From Candidatus Nanoarchaeia archaeon (GTDB lineage: Archaea > Nanobdellota > Nanobdellia > Woesearchaeales > ARS49): DNA of 50,055 nucleotides. The DNA lies in the NCBI GenBank assembly GCA_035292785.1, contig DATDPK010000032.1, positions 1 to 50,055 on the forward strand, read 5' to 3'. The notes beneath the pieces were generated by a model. That model saw nothing but the letters and a program-made list of their open reading frames with translations. It was not told where the DNA came from and searched no databases. Positions 32,241 to 41,408 of the stretch are shown here, in pieces; within the stretch, counting starts at the first letter, position 1, and every line of letters begins with the position of its first letter. The position numbers and the translations under genes are program-made.

Positions 32241-32516
32241 TTAACCGATCCTAATCGGCGCAAGCTTGAAACTCTTTGCCAAACCCTCAAGCAAATCAGT
32301 GCCTGCATAGCCGGAAAACAAAGCAACTGCTTTGTTGATTCCGATAATGCTTCCAACAATCGCGCCGATAACTGCAGCACCTATCACTGTTACGAGAAAA
32401 TAGTTGAGCTTGAACTTACGTTTCTGCAAATACGCCTTTCTCACGCCCACAACTGCCCTCAGAAATCCGCCTAACGCGCCAATAATTCCGAACAATACAG
32501 TTGGGTTGTCAATCAT
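32241..32516 (-). CDS. Small two-TM glycine-zipper membrane protein (hypothetical)
   Basis: 91 aa. FGIIGALGGFLRAVVG and VIGAAVIGAIVGSIIG are GxxxG-type helices. Confidence 0.45.
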   Translation of the reverse strand: MIDNPTVLFGIIGALGGFLRAVVGVRKAYLQKRKFKLNYFLVTVIGAAVIGAIVGSIIGINKAVALFSGYAGTDLLEGLAKSFKLAPIRIG

Positions 32517-32612
32517 ACTTTGACATTATTATAGCCTGCTAAAAGCTTATTGCACTCCTTGTTAGTAGTAAAAATACGAAAGGTTTAAAAGACACTGTAT
32601 TTAAACAATATT

Positions 32613-34016
32613 ATGAAGCTCGAAGAATTAATACGAGTGCACGGAAATATAGCAACCTGGCTTGGTTCTGAAGCAGGCCGTATATTTGAAGTTGGATTTG
32701 AACCTCCTGAATTAGCAGACTTAACCAAGTTTATTCCTACGCCCCAGAACGCTGCAAGGACATTGGTGCCGTTCTTAGAACTTCCAGAAGAATTGGCAGC
32801 CCATGCAGGCAGACTGACAGTTCTTTCAACGTACGCGCAATTCGACCTGCAAACACTTCGCTCATTGCCTGTAAGTTCGAAAGAAGAATTAATTGCACTC
32901 ATGCGCGGAGGAGACAGAAATTGTGCAGTGTTCAACAATTTAAGCCTTCCTTTTGAAAAAGATGCCAGAGATGCTGCTTTGGTAGAAAGGTTCGGGCCGC
33001 TGTATGACCTGCTTAATGAAAAAGCAAAAGAGCAAATAAAAGAAGTTGAGTCAAAAGACGCAACAAGACTGGTTTCTGAAATCGAAAAAATTGCAGGCGA
33101 ACGTGAAAAAGCGCTTTATGCCTGGGCGGCAATAGTCTCGCGCGACGAACTAAAAAATTCTCTTGCAAGCGCATTTATGATTGGAAAAATAGCCCCATTC
33201 AGGTTTGTCACAGAAAAACAAGTCCCGCTACTTTACAGAAGAGTAAAAGACTTGGAAAGAGAACGAAAGGAAGCAGAGCGCAAGGCGAGCGGATACCAGC
33301 AAAAATTAGCTCCTGTTGAAACGGAATTAGGCGCAAAAAGAAAAGAGCTTTCTGATGCTCAAGCCAGAATTTCTGAACTTGAAAAGGCAGTTGCAGAACG
33401 TCCTGTGGAAAGAGTGGAAGTTGTTCCTGCTGATGTAAAGAAGTTGATGGAAGAAGCACAAACTTGGGAAAGCCTGGCAAGCGTATACGAGGGCGAACTT
33501 GAAACAGAGAAAAAGCGAAGAGCGCAACTCGAAGCAAGACTTGCACAGCTTGGTGTCAAGGAAGAGAAAAACGGCGGAATATCAAATGGGACAGGAGTCA
33601 ATGTTTACGCGGTTCCAGAGCTCAGGGAAAGATACGCAAAGATGTTATGCTCATACACAAATCCAAATCTTAACAAACCATTCCCAGAAGTTATTGATGA
33701 GACCATAAAAAGAATCTGCAGGCGCATAAAAGATGGCGGAGTTGGAATTCTGAGGACTGAATTCTTTTATATGGCAGACCTTCACTTCACAAAACTCGGC
33801 AATGGAACACGCGTATTCTTCACAACAGATGGGAAAAGCAGACTTACAATATACGATGTAATAACGCCTGACGAACATCTGGAGCAATTGCATAAAAAAT
33901 CAGGAAGATATGCGGCAATTATAGAAGGACGTGCATCGTACACAACAGATGAGCGAAAGCATATCAAGCTTGAAAAAACCGTGAGAGAGCTGTTGACCGT
34001 CGATAGCAAGCAATAA
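32613..34016 (+). CDS. Hypothetical 467-aa protein: unknown N-domain, long coiled coil, RelE/ParE-like C-terminal segment (speculative)
   Basis: The coiled coil spans about residues 215-325 (ERERKEAERKA...EKKRRAQLEARLAQL). The C-terminal LHFTKLGNGTRVFFTTDGKSRLTIYDVITPDEHL resembles the beta-core of RelE/ParE toxins. Confidence 0.55.
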   Translation: MKLEELIRVHGNIATWLGSEAGRIFEVGFEPPELADLTKFIPTPQNAARTLVPFLELPEELAAHAGRLTVLSTYAQFDLQTLRSLPVSSKEELIALMRGGDRNCAVFNNLSLPFEKDARDAALVERFGPLYDLLNEKAKEQIKEVESKDATRLVSEIEKIAGEREKALYAWAAIVSRDELKNSLASAFMIGKIAPFRFVTEKQVPLLYRRVKDLERERKEAERKASGYQQKLAPVETELGAKRKELSDAQARISELEKAVAERPVERVEVVPADVKKLMEEAQTWESLASVYEGELETEKKRRAQLEARLAQLGVKEEKNGGISNGTGVNVYAVPELRERYAKMLCSYTNPNLNKPFPEVIDETIKRICRRIKDGGVGILRTEFFYMADLHFTKLGNGTRVFFTTDGKSRLTIYDVITPDEHLEQLHKKSGRYAAIIEGRASYTTDERKHIKLEKTVRELLTVDSKQ

Positions 34017-34059
34017 TTCCGTAATAAATCCGAGACCATATAAAAACAGTCCGTAAAAC

Positions 34060-34090
34060 ATCCGGTTACAGCCGGATAATATCCGCTTTT
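34060..34090 (+). terminator. Hairpin plus T-tract downstream of the 467-aa gene
   Basis: ATCCGG-TTACAG-CCGGAT (34060-34077) is followed by GCTTTTCT. Confidence 0.4.
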
Positions 34091-34133
34091 CTCCTGCAAA
34101 CGCATTTAAAGGATTTTTACATAATATTTCTTC

Positions 34134-34718
34134 ATGGGAGACCAACAATACGAACCTCCTGTGTGGGGAGAAAGAGAATGGATTTACCCAATAGCAAAGT
34201 ATGTGATTATCGGAATCTTAGCTGGCGCTGCAACAATTGTTTCTCTCCCAAAACTTTCTGTAAAATTTTCCTGGCAGGAGCCAGAACAAGCTTCAAGAAA
34301 GATAAAACCAGACGGGGTTGAGTATGCCTTGTCAGAAGGAGCAGAATACTTCTTAAGTGCAGGATTCAGCAGAATGAGACTCTGCGGAGCACAATTCACA
34401 TATCAAGAGCACTCTGCAATTTACGACGCCTGCAATGCACCTGAGCCCGGCTCAAAACCAGACCAGTTCATAACAACAGATGAAGCAGAGAGAGCTTACA
34501 ACACCATACTAAATCCAGCCCACCCTCTCGGAAAGCTCTCTCTGCCATTTGACGGCAGATTATCTGCGCCAACATTAGAGCAAAGACTGCAGGCAGAACG
34601 CGTCCTGGCAGAAAACCAAAGATGGTATGCCTTGGTGCAAAGCAGAATTGATGAAAACAAAGACCACATTATTTCTGAAGAAGAAAAAGATGAGGCGATT
34701 GCGAAGATTTTCAGGTGA
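34134..34718 (+). CDS. N-terminally anchored hypothetical protein with a C-terminal EF-hand-like loop
   Basis: TM helix VIIGILAGAATIVSL. DENKDHIISEEE fits D-x-N-x-D-x-x-I-x-x-x-E. A 4-nt overlap (GTGA-type) links it to the next gene. Confidence 0.5.
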   Translation: MGDQQYEPPVWGEREWIYPIAKYVIIGILAGAATIVSLPKLSVKFSWQEPEQASRKIKPDGVEYALSEGAEYFLSAGFSRMRLCGAQFTYQEHSAIYDACNAPEPGSKPDQFITTDEAERAYNTILNPAHPLGKLSLPFDGRLSAPTLEQRLQAERVLAENQRWYALVQSRIDENKDHIISEEEKDEAIAKIFR

Positions 34719-35035
34719 GTATGGTATCAACCAGAATTGTAAAAGAGGTTGGGTATGCTGATTATTATGAATTTATAGAGAATTGCGTCATTACAATCAA
34801 TCGCCACGCGTATTTCAGATTTAATGATGTGCAAAGAAAGGTTTATAAGTATGAATATCTGAAAAGCATATTGAAAGAAGAGCATCCTGTCTTTGTTGGA
34901 CTTCAGCAAAACGGCCGATATGCTGTCTTTTTCAGAAGGAAAGAAGGTTATTTGCGGATAATGTTCAACAAGCACCCCAAATGCATTGAAATTATTACAT
35001 TTTACATAACAGACAACTTGCCAAGAATAAAATGA
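34715..35035 (+). CDS. DUF4258-like putative toxin
   Basis: ITINRHAYFRFNDVQRKV...GRYAVFF...LRIMFNKHPKCIEIITFYI matches the DUF4258 layout (H-A..R..R ... I.viTvy) as I recall it. Confidence 0.5.
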   Translation: MSMVSTRIVKEVGYADYYEFIENCVITINRHAYFRFNDVQRKVYKYEYLKSILKEEHPVFVGLQQNGRYAVFFRRKEGYLRIMFNKHPKCIEIITFYITDNLPRIK

Positions 35036-35412
35036 AATTACAACTCGTTGCAAAAGGAAAAGGAGAAATGGACTATGATGGTGAAAATGACATACTTAGC
35101 TTTAACATCAAGGACAGGGAATACTGGAAATCTCTGGAATTTGACGACATAGTTCTTGACCTCGATAAAGATGGTTTCATAGTTGGAATCGAAATCTTCT
35201 GCGCATCCAAAATGTTCAAGATAGACAAAGCAAGCATAAAGAGAATAAAAAATTGGGAATTCAGCACAAAAGTTGAAAGTAATATAATAAAAATTCAATT
35301 AAGATTTGAATCCCGACTCAATAATGTGGTGGTTAAAGGCACTGAAAATTTCATACGAGAAGCAGAATATCCGTTAAGAGATTCGGAAGTCCTGTGCACA
35401 ATCAACGCCTAA
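35032..35412 (+). CDS. DUF2283-like putative antitoxin with an extra C-terminal domain
   Basis: MDYDGENDILSFNIKD....DDIVLDLDKDGFIVGIEIFCASK matches the DUF2283 pattern (YD.e.D.ly......vilD.d..G.ivGiEil.as). ATGA overlap with the upstream gene. Confidence 0.55.
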   Translation: MKLQLVAKGKGEMDYDGENDILSFNIKDREYWKSLEFDDIVLDLDKDGFIVGIEIFCASKMFKIDKASIKRIKNWEFSTKVESNIIKIQLRFESRLNNVVVKGTENFIREAEYPLRDSEVLCTINA

Positions 35413-35481
35413 ACCTCATTAAAGCCGTCTCACTCTTCACAGTGGGGAAAAATTTATATTTAACTTCGCATTTGTGCGTTT

Positions 35482-36270
35482 ATGCCGACGCCTTACGTGG
35501 GAGTGACAGGAATTGTTTCAACGCAGGAAGTTGAAGCAGTCATTAATGAGTTCTCTTCCGCAGGTTATTCAATGACTTCTCCGCACATTCCAATGCTTGG
35601 AGTTCTGGCATCTTTCAAATCGCTAAACGCACAGCCAACCAGCAGGCGCTACCCGAGAATTGAACTTTTGCCTGAATTAATGCGAGCGGCAGCTGGCAAG
35701 GCTTTTACGGCGGTTCATTACAACACAAGCGACGCAATATATACTCTTTGCGGCCAAGTAAAAAAAGTTTTTGACGGCATTTATCAGGGGGGCTTATGTA
35801 GAGCACTTCAACTTAATGTGCCTTGGCCGGAAGTAAGGCAGGTTGGCTTTATTAGGCAGGATATGCCTGAAATGCAAATTTTGCTGCAACTCAGCCAAAG
35901 GGCGATGACTGGACTTACTCCGAAAGAGACTGCTGAACGCGTCAAATTATACGGGGGCTTATTGAGTTATGTATTGATCGACCCTTCTGGTGGCAGAGGA
36001 CTTGAATTTGACCTTCAGAAATCTTTGGAAGTTTACAGAGAGTTAAGAGAACAGACGCCTGGTTTAACAATTGGTTTTGCCGGAGGCCTTACCGGCGCCA
36101 ATGTTGAGGAAAGAGCAAGACTGCTCACAGCTCAAACAGAAACCTCGGGCGTCTGCATTGATACAGAAAGCGGTGTCAGGGACAAACTAAGCGACAAGCC
36201 AGGCGATGATGTTTTAAATGTTGGAAAAGTCAGGGAATACCTGCAGGGAGCACATAGAGTTCTACCGTAA
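35482..36270 (+). CDS. Phosphoribosylanthranilate-isomerase-like (TrpF-fold) protein
   Basis: YVGVTGIVSTQEV.., LIDPSGGRGLEFD, GFAGGLTGANVEE and CIDTESGVRDK parallel the TrpF motifs (KiCGit, LD...GGtG..fdW, LAGGL...NV, vDvsSGvE). Confidence 0.5.
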   Translation: MPTPYVGVTGIVSTQEVEAVINEFSSAGYSMTSPHIPMLGVLASFKSLNAQPTSRRYPRIELLPELMRAAAGKAFTAVHYNTSDAIYTLCGQVKKVFDGIYQGGLCRALQLNVPWPEVRQVGFIRQDMPEMQILLQLSQRAMTGLTPKETAERVKLYGGLLSYVLIDPSGGRGLEFDLQKSLEVYRELREQTPGLTIGFAGGLTGANVEERARLLTAQTETSGVCIDTESGVRDKLSDKPGDDVLNVGKVREYLQGAHRVLP

Positions 36271-36302
36271 AGATTAAATATATCGTCGATAAATCCATAT
36301 TT

Positions 36303-36521
36303 ATGGGGGACGAAAAACAGGAATTAAGACAATTGGGAATTGAGTTCTCCGCTATTTATCTTTCCATAATTACTTCAACAAATCCTGCTGTGATGCGGAC
36401 AAAACACGAGAATGCTTTTGACAAAGCGTATAGAGCATACATTGCTCTGGCTGAAAAATGCGGAATTCCTGAAATTGAAACACAGGATATCCGTGACATG
36501 TACAAAAGAATCTTTGGCTGA
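36303..36521 (+). CDS. Hypothetical small helical protein
   Basis: 72-aa ORF with an ATG start. TATA-like GATTAAATATAT lies about 24 nt upstream. Confidence 0.4.
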   Translation: MGDEKQELRQLGIEFSAIYLSIITSTNPAVMRTKHENAFDKAYRAYIALAEKCGIPEIETQDIRDMYKRIFG

Positions 36522-36575
36522 AATATATTTTCATTCACACATAATATTATAAACTAATTATTTTCTTTTTCCTCC

Positions 36576-37199
36576 ATGAAAATAGAGGTGTTTGCTTTTG
36601 ACTGGAGCGGAGTTATAAGCGATGACAGAAGACCAGTCTATGAAGCCAATATGCGGCTAATGGAGCATTACGGCCTGCCCAGAATGACTTTTGAAGAATG
36701 GCTTCCACAAACAACTGCAAGCGCTGTTGAATTCATGGCAAACCACGGTGTTCGCGCCGACCGCGCCAGACTTTTCGACCTTTACACGAGATTCTTTAAT
36801 GCCGCAAATGCAGAGGGAATTGTGCCAACGGTTTACTCTCACGCTGCTGATGTTTTGAATTCTCTGAAACGAAAAGGCAGGATTAATGTTGTACTGAGCG
36901 CACATCCTGCAGAAAACTTGATGCGAGAAGCAAGAGAGTATGGATTAGAACAATTTCTGACTTCGATAACAGGCAGTTCCAGCAATAAAGCAGACAGTTT
37001 AAGAGAAATTGTTGCCCAGCACGGCGTGAAGCCTGAAGCTGTCTTGTACAGCGGAGACACGATTTATGACATCAGGCACGCCAAACAAGCTGGAGTGCGT
37101 TCTGCAGGCATTGTAGGAGGTTACCATACCCGTGAAAGACTTGCAGATGAGAATCCTGATGTTGTAGGAGAATTGCCTGTGATTGAAACATTAGTATGA
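36576..37199 (+). CDS. HAD-superfamily hydrolase (phosphatase-like)
   Basis: Motif I FAFDWSGVISDD, motif II VVLSAH, motif IV YSGDTIYDIRHAKQAG. Confidence 0.7.
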   Translation: MKIEVFAFDWSGVISDDRRPVYEANMRLMEHYGLPRMTFEEWLPQTTASAVEFMANHGVRADRARLFDLYTRFFNAANAEGIVPTVYSHAADVLNSLKRKGRINVVLSAHPAENLMREAREYGLEQFLTSITGSSSNKADSLREIVAQHGVKPEAVLYSGDTIYDIRHAKQAGVRSAGIVGGYHTRERLADENPDVVGELPVIETLV

Positions 37200-37607
37200 T
37201 TAAGCTTCGCGGCTGGTTCTTGGCCCGTAATATCTATGAGTCATTCTGCCTTCTGATGACGGCCTTTCTCTTGCATCCCTTGGATGAGCTGTTACTCTTC
37301 CTTCCAAGTCAGGCCTGCCTAAATACAGCAGCGCTCTAATTTCCTGAAGACTCTTTTTAGAACCTTTTTTAAACGCCACATTCAATGCCTTCGCATCATC
37401 TTCGCTAAGGCCCCTTTCCTTTCTTTTGTCTTCTTCCCCGCTTCTTGCTCTTACGTGTAGCGTTGAAAAATAGCCAGTCTTATTTACTTCCCATAAATCG
37501 TATACAGACGCCCTCAGACCACTGACATAATTTGCAAGGTGAGGAAACCGCCAGCGTTTAAGCAATTCCGCAAGAGCAGTGTTTAAAATCCTGTAATCTT
37601 CACTCAT
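37200..37607 (-). CDS. Hypothetical basic protein
   Basis: 135-aa ORF with an ATG start. CTTTTTATAGG lies about 28 nt upstream (leaderless layout). Confidence 0.4.
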   Translation of the reverse strand: MSEDYRILNTALAELLKRWRFPHLANYVSGLRASVYDLWEVNKTGYFSTLHVRARSGEEDKRKERGLSEDDAKALNVAFKKGSKKSLQEIRALLYLGRPDLEGRVTAHPRDARERPSSEGRMTHRYYGPRTSREA

Positions 37608-37684
37608 CAGATTCGGGCGAGACTGTTCCTATAAAAAGCTTTTGACACAAGTATTTTATATATGAATACTGTAGAATACACTAT

Positions 37685-38026
37685 ATGGCAGTCGACGTAC
37701 AGGCAGAATACAACACAATGCTGAAAAGTTTTTACGAGGGCCTTCTTTCGTACTTGCAGGAAAAAAGAAGAGCAATGGGAGACCCAAATCCTGACAACAG
37801 AAAAGCTGCCTGTGGTGTCTTACATCAAATGATTATGAATGGCTGCAGGACTTTGAATCAAGCAGAATACCGCGATCCAGCGTTCTTCACTGTGATGGGA
37901 GCTATTGCAAGAAATGTTGGCAGCCTTGTCTCAATTCAATACGACACAGGAGCAGAAAGAATAATCTCTGATACTGAAGCGCGCATAAGAAGACTTGATT
38001 TAGACAGAATTGTGAACAAGCTTTAA
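37685..38026 (+). CDS. Hypothetical protein
   Basis: 113-aa ORF. TTTTATATAT lies about 27 nt upstream. Confidence 0.4.
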   Translation: MAVDVQAEYNTMLKSFYEGLLSYLQEKRRAMGDPNPDNRKAACGVLHQMIMNGCRTLNQAEYRDPAFFTVMGAIARNVGSLVSIQYDTGAERIISDTEARIRRLDLDRIVNKL

Positions 38027-39690
38027 ACCATCTTCAAAACTTCTTTCGCAGTAGTTGACTGCTCAGGCTTTTTCTCACGCCAGCGCAAAAATCTTGGGAA
38101 ACGCAAAGCATAACCTAGAGTATGATTTGGTGACTTTGTAATCTCTGCGCCGGTAACCTCGACAACAATTCTTGGGTCAAACCAGACATCGGGAGTCATT
38201 GTTCTGGAAACTTCCAGTCTGGCGGGCTTGTGGTCAATTTTTTTAAATCTTTTAGGCAACTCTGCCAAAGTTTTGTCTGTAAAACCGCTTCCAAGCTTGC
38301 AAAAAGTCTCAAACCTGTCTTTTTTATCATTATAAACTGCGCACAACAATGCACCATAAGTGCCAGCCCTTCTTCCTTTGCCGTAATAAGCGCCAACAAC
38401 TACAACATCAAATGTATCCCTTAATCCTTTGACATACTCCGGCTTCCACTTAATCCAGTTCCAGCCACGAACACCGGCTTCGTATGAACCATTCAAATTC
38501 TTGATGACAACACCTTCGCCTCCGAACTCAACAACCTTGTTGAACAAATCTTCAATGCAATCAGCATCACTGCAGATTTTTCTCAATGCGAGCTTAATCT
38601 TGCCTGTTTCCCTGATGTTCTTCTGCAAAAGCGCATAACGCTTCCTGTACTGCTCCCTAATCAAAGATTTGCCGTTCAAAAACAACAAGTCAAAAGAAAA
38701 CAATGCAACAGGAACTTTCCTGATATACTCCTCAATATCATATTTTCTTCTTCTCTGCATTAAAGTCTGGAAAGAAAGCAAATTTCCTTTTTTATCAACA
38801 GGCATAACCTCGCTGTCAATAACGCAATTCTTTGCCTTCACAGCTTTCTTAACAGCATCAACAATATCTGGAAATTGGGAAGTTATGTTCTCAAGCCTTC
38901 TTGAATAAAGCTTAACATTATTTCCCAGCTTATGCACTTGTATTCTCTCACCGTCATATTTCTCCTCAACAACAACAGGATAGCCCATTTTATTCTTGAC
39001 TTCTTCAATGTCCTTAATTCTCTGGCACAACATTGACTGAATAGGAACGCCAACTTCAACACCAATCTGCCTTACTCCGCGCAATCCCTTGTGCGCAATA
39101 GTCCTTGCAATAATTCCAACATCAGGACAGACATTGTAAGCGTGCTCCAAATCCTTTCGCGTCTCTTTTGTTCCAGTATAAGCAATAGCGAGAGCATCAA
39201 GAACCGTTTTATCACCCACGCCCAAACGCAAATCACCAAGAACAATTCTCGCAAGATATCTAGCTTCAACAGAAGATGCTGCTGATAACAATGAAGCAAG
39301 CAGTTTTATTTTTCTATCCTGGCTTCCAGAACCGGATGACTGTGCTATTTTGTGCAAAGTCTCAAAAACAGTCTTTACAGAAAGTTTTCCTCTTCCAGAA
39401 TACTGTTCTGCAGTCCTGCCAACATCGCCGAGCTTCTTATATTTCTGAAGAACAATTGCTTCTTTTTCTTTGCCGGCAAGAGCAATACTCCTGACAACCA
39501 TCTTGTCAGCCATCCCAAGATTGACATCAGCAAACTGCGAAGCAATCTGGCCAAGAGTCAGATAGGCAACAAATTCCAGCTCTGCTTTAGGCGTCTTTTT
39601 GAAAAAACCGCTAAGAATATCGCGCATCGCATTATACGAACTTGTCCTCTCCAACTTTTCATACAAACGAGCAAGCTCTAAAAATCTCAT
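38023..39690 (-). CDS. lig: ATP-dependent DNA ligase
   Basis: Motif I EEKYDGERIQVH. Also FDLLFLNG, EGVVIKNL, WIKWKPEY and the C-terminal OB-fold LRFPRFLRWREKKPE. Confidence 0.93.
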   Translation of the reverse strand: MRFLELARLYEKLERTSSYNAMRDILSGFFKKTPKAELEFVAYLTLGQIASQFADVNLGMADKMVVRSIALAGKEKEAIVLQKYKKLGDVGRTAEQYSGRGKLSVKTVFETLHKIAQSSGSGSQDRKIKLLASLLSAASSVEARYLARIVLGDLRLGVGDKTVLDALAIAYTGTKETRKDLEHAYNVCPDVGIIARTIAHKGLRGVRQIGVEVGVPIQSMLCQRIKDIEEVKNKMGYPVVVEEKYDGERIQVHKLGNNVKLYSRRLENITSQFPDIVDAVKKAVKAKNCVIDSEVMPVDKKGNLLSFQTLMQRRRKYDIEEYIRKVPVALFSFDLLFLNGKSLIREQYRKRYALLQKNIRETGKIKLALRKICSDADCIEDLFNKVVEFGGEGVVIKNLNGSYEAGVRGWNWIKWKPEYVKGLRDTFDVVVVGAYYGKGRRAGTYGALLCAVYNDKKDRFETFCKLGSGFTDKTLAELPKRFKKIDHKPARLEVSRTMTPDVWFDPRIVVEVTGAEITKSPNHTLGYALRFPRFLRWREKKPEQSTTAKEVLKMV

Positions 39691-40574
39691 AGTTTTGCAA
39701 ACTTCCTCTCGTGATGAAGCCCTTTAATCCTGCCAATAATCTTCTTAACCCTGATTGTCGCATAATCATACTGCAAAGTTACAACTGCATCAAGAACCGT
39801 TCCGCGCTGATATTTCTTTTTAGTAAGCCAACTGATGAGATAGTATTTGCCCTCAACAGGCTTTTTTGTGACAACAATATAATTGTGGCCGTCATTTTTT
39901 CTCCATTTGGCGCCAACAACGTCATTCTCTGTATCAATAATTAACGGAACGCTGTAAGCTCTTTTCCTGACATATGCCTTATAGAATTTAGGCGCCCACT
40001 TCTTAACCCTGCCCTCATAAATCTTGTTCAACATTGCACTGCTCCTGCATTTAGAAGAGCAAGGAGTGTGCGAAATGAATGGAAATGCAACATCTGAATC
40101 GTGCAATCTTTTGTAATACTGATAGTAGGAGTATTTTCTGCCTAATATCCTCTCATTATGCTCGTCAATAAACGCATCAATGCAGCAAGCCGGATATCCG
40201 TAGATAATTCCTGCCAGCTTATCTGCCTGCGAATGCTTCTGCTGCTTTACACGCGAGATGTATTTGTTGAAATTTGCCCTTTCCTTACTGCTCCTGAACA
40301 AGTCATAGCCATACCAAGTTCCCTTTAATCCCCAAACCACTGCATTACCCCTAATGCCGGTGATTTCCTCAAAACCTTTGGCCCTGCTGGCGTCAAAAAT
40401 TATTTTGTGCTTCTTCAGCAAGCTTTCAAACTCGTGCCTGTCGTGAAAATTCCTGTAAATACGAATATGAATGAACGTGCTTGGCTTAACGCCTGTTATG
40501 AACAAAATAAGCTTCAATCTTGAGTTTGCATCAAAACATTCAGCTGTTTCTGCAAACCTCAAAAGGTCCTGCAT
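39687..40574 (-). CDS. Hypothetical protein with conserved Cys clusters, translationally coupled to lig
   Basis: 295 aa with GYPACCIDAF and HTPCSSKCRSS motifs. ATGA overlap with the lig start at 39687-39690. Confidence 0.55.
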   Translation of the reverse strand: MQDLLRFAETAECFDANSRLKLILFITGVKPSTFIHIRIYRNFHDRHEFESLLKKHKIIFDASRAKGFEEITGIRGNAVVWGLKGTWYGYDLFRSSKERANFNKYISRVKQQKHSQADKLAGIIYGYPACCIDAFIDEHNERILGRKYSYYQYYKRLHDSDVAFPFISHTPCSSKCRSSAMLNKIYEGRVKKWAPKFYKAYVRKRAYSVPLIIDTENDVVGAKWRKNDGHNYIVVTKKPVEGKYYLISWLTKKKYQRGTVLDAVVTLQYDYATIRVKKIIGRIKGLHHERKFAKL

Positions 40575-40577
40575 AAT

Positions 40578-41015
40578 CTACCTCTTTTTCTTAAACAATC
40601 TCTTAATATTGCAATAAGTGTGAATAGTTCCTCCGAACAAATTAATGAAGCTTGCCAGAAACAAAGTAACGCTTAATGTCAAAAATGTAAAGAATGCCTG
40701 CAAAGCAGTCCATCCGCTCAAGGCAACAAGCCCGATGCTTGCTCCAATGCCGACAAAAAATGAAACTACTGCAAGCATAATACTTGCAATGAAAGCCTTC
40801 CAGTTTGAGCTAAAGCTCAAAAGCCAGTGAATGATTAATCCTGAGCCCATTCCCAAAAAAATCGCTGAAAAGACAACGAATAAAGCTATTGCCAAACCCG
40901 ATGCAAAAGTTGCCATCATGGTAGGGGCAGGAGTATGAATCAAAGACTTTGCAAGAAATGAAAATAGAAGGCCTATGCCAAACATGGCAATTCCGAAAAA
41001 GATTGATGTGCGCAT
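40578..41015 (-). CDS. Four-TM membrane protein (hypothetical)
   Basis: 145 aa, very hydrophobic. Its stop is 3 nt from the next start. Confidence 0.55.
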   Translation of the reverse strand: MRTSIFFGIAMFGIGLLFSFLAKSLIHTPAPTMMATFASGLAIALFVVFSAIFLGMGSGLIIHWLLSFSSNWKAFIASIMLAVVSFFVGIGASIGLVALSGWTALQAFFTFLTLSVTLFLASFINLFGGTIHTYCNIKRLFKKKR

Positions 41016-41126
41016 GATTGCTTAAAAAGACAATCTGCTTTTAAACTCTTCGCTGCAATTAAAATGCTACGTAAAAGTGGTAACTGAATCAAAGATTTTA
41101 AATAGGACACTGAATTCTGCATTCTG

Positions 41127-41408
41127 ATGGCAACCGACCAGGACGCAAGAAAAGCCCTGAAAGAATTAAGCGAAGGCATTGAATCAAGACTTGATTATGT
41201 GGCGGATCTTCGTGTCATAGGCGATGTTACACAAGCTGAAGCCCGCGCTGCTTTGAGGAAGTTCCTTTCCAAAGAAATTCACGATTATGAAGCACTTATC
41301 AGAGCAGGCAAGAACCACTGCCAGCCAAAACTTGATGAAGCATTATCAACCGTAGATGCACTCGATAAGAATCAAGAAGTTGTAATCTATAGAGGGCTTG
41401 AGTTTTAA
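41127..41408 (+). CDS. Hypothetical small helical protein
   Basis: 93-aa ORF. GATTTTAAATAGG lies about 26 nt upstream. Confidence 0.4.
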   Translation: MATDQDARKALKELSEGIESRLDYVADLRVIGDVTQAEARAALRKFLSKEIHDYEALIRAGKNHCQPKLDEALSTVDALDKNQEVVIYRGLEF

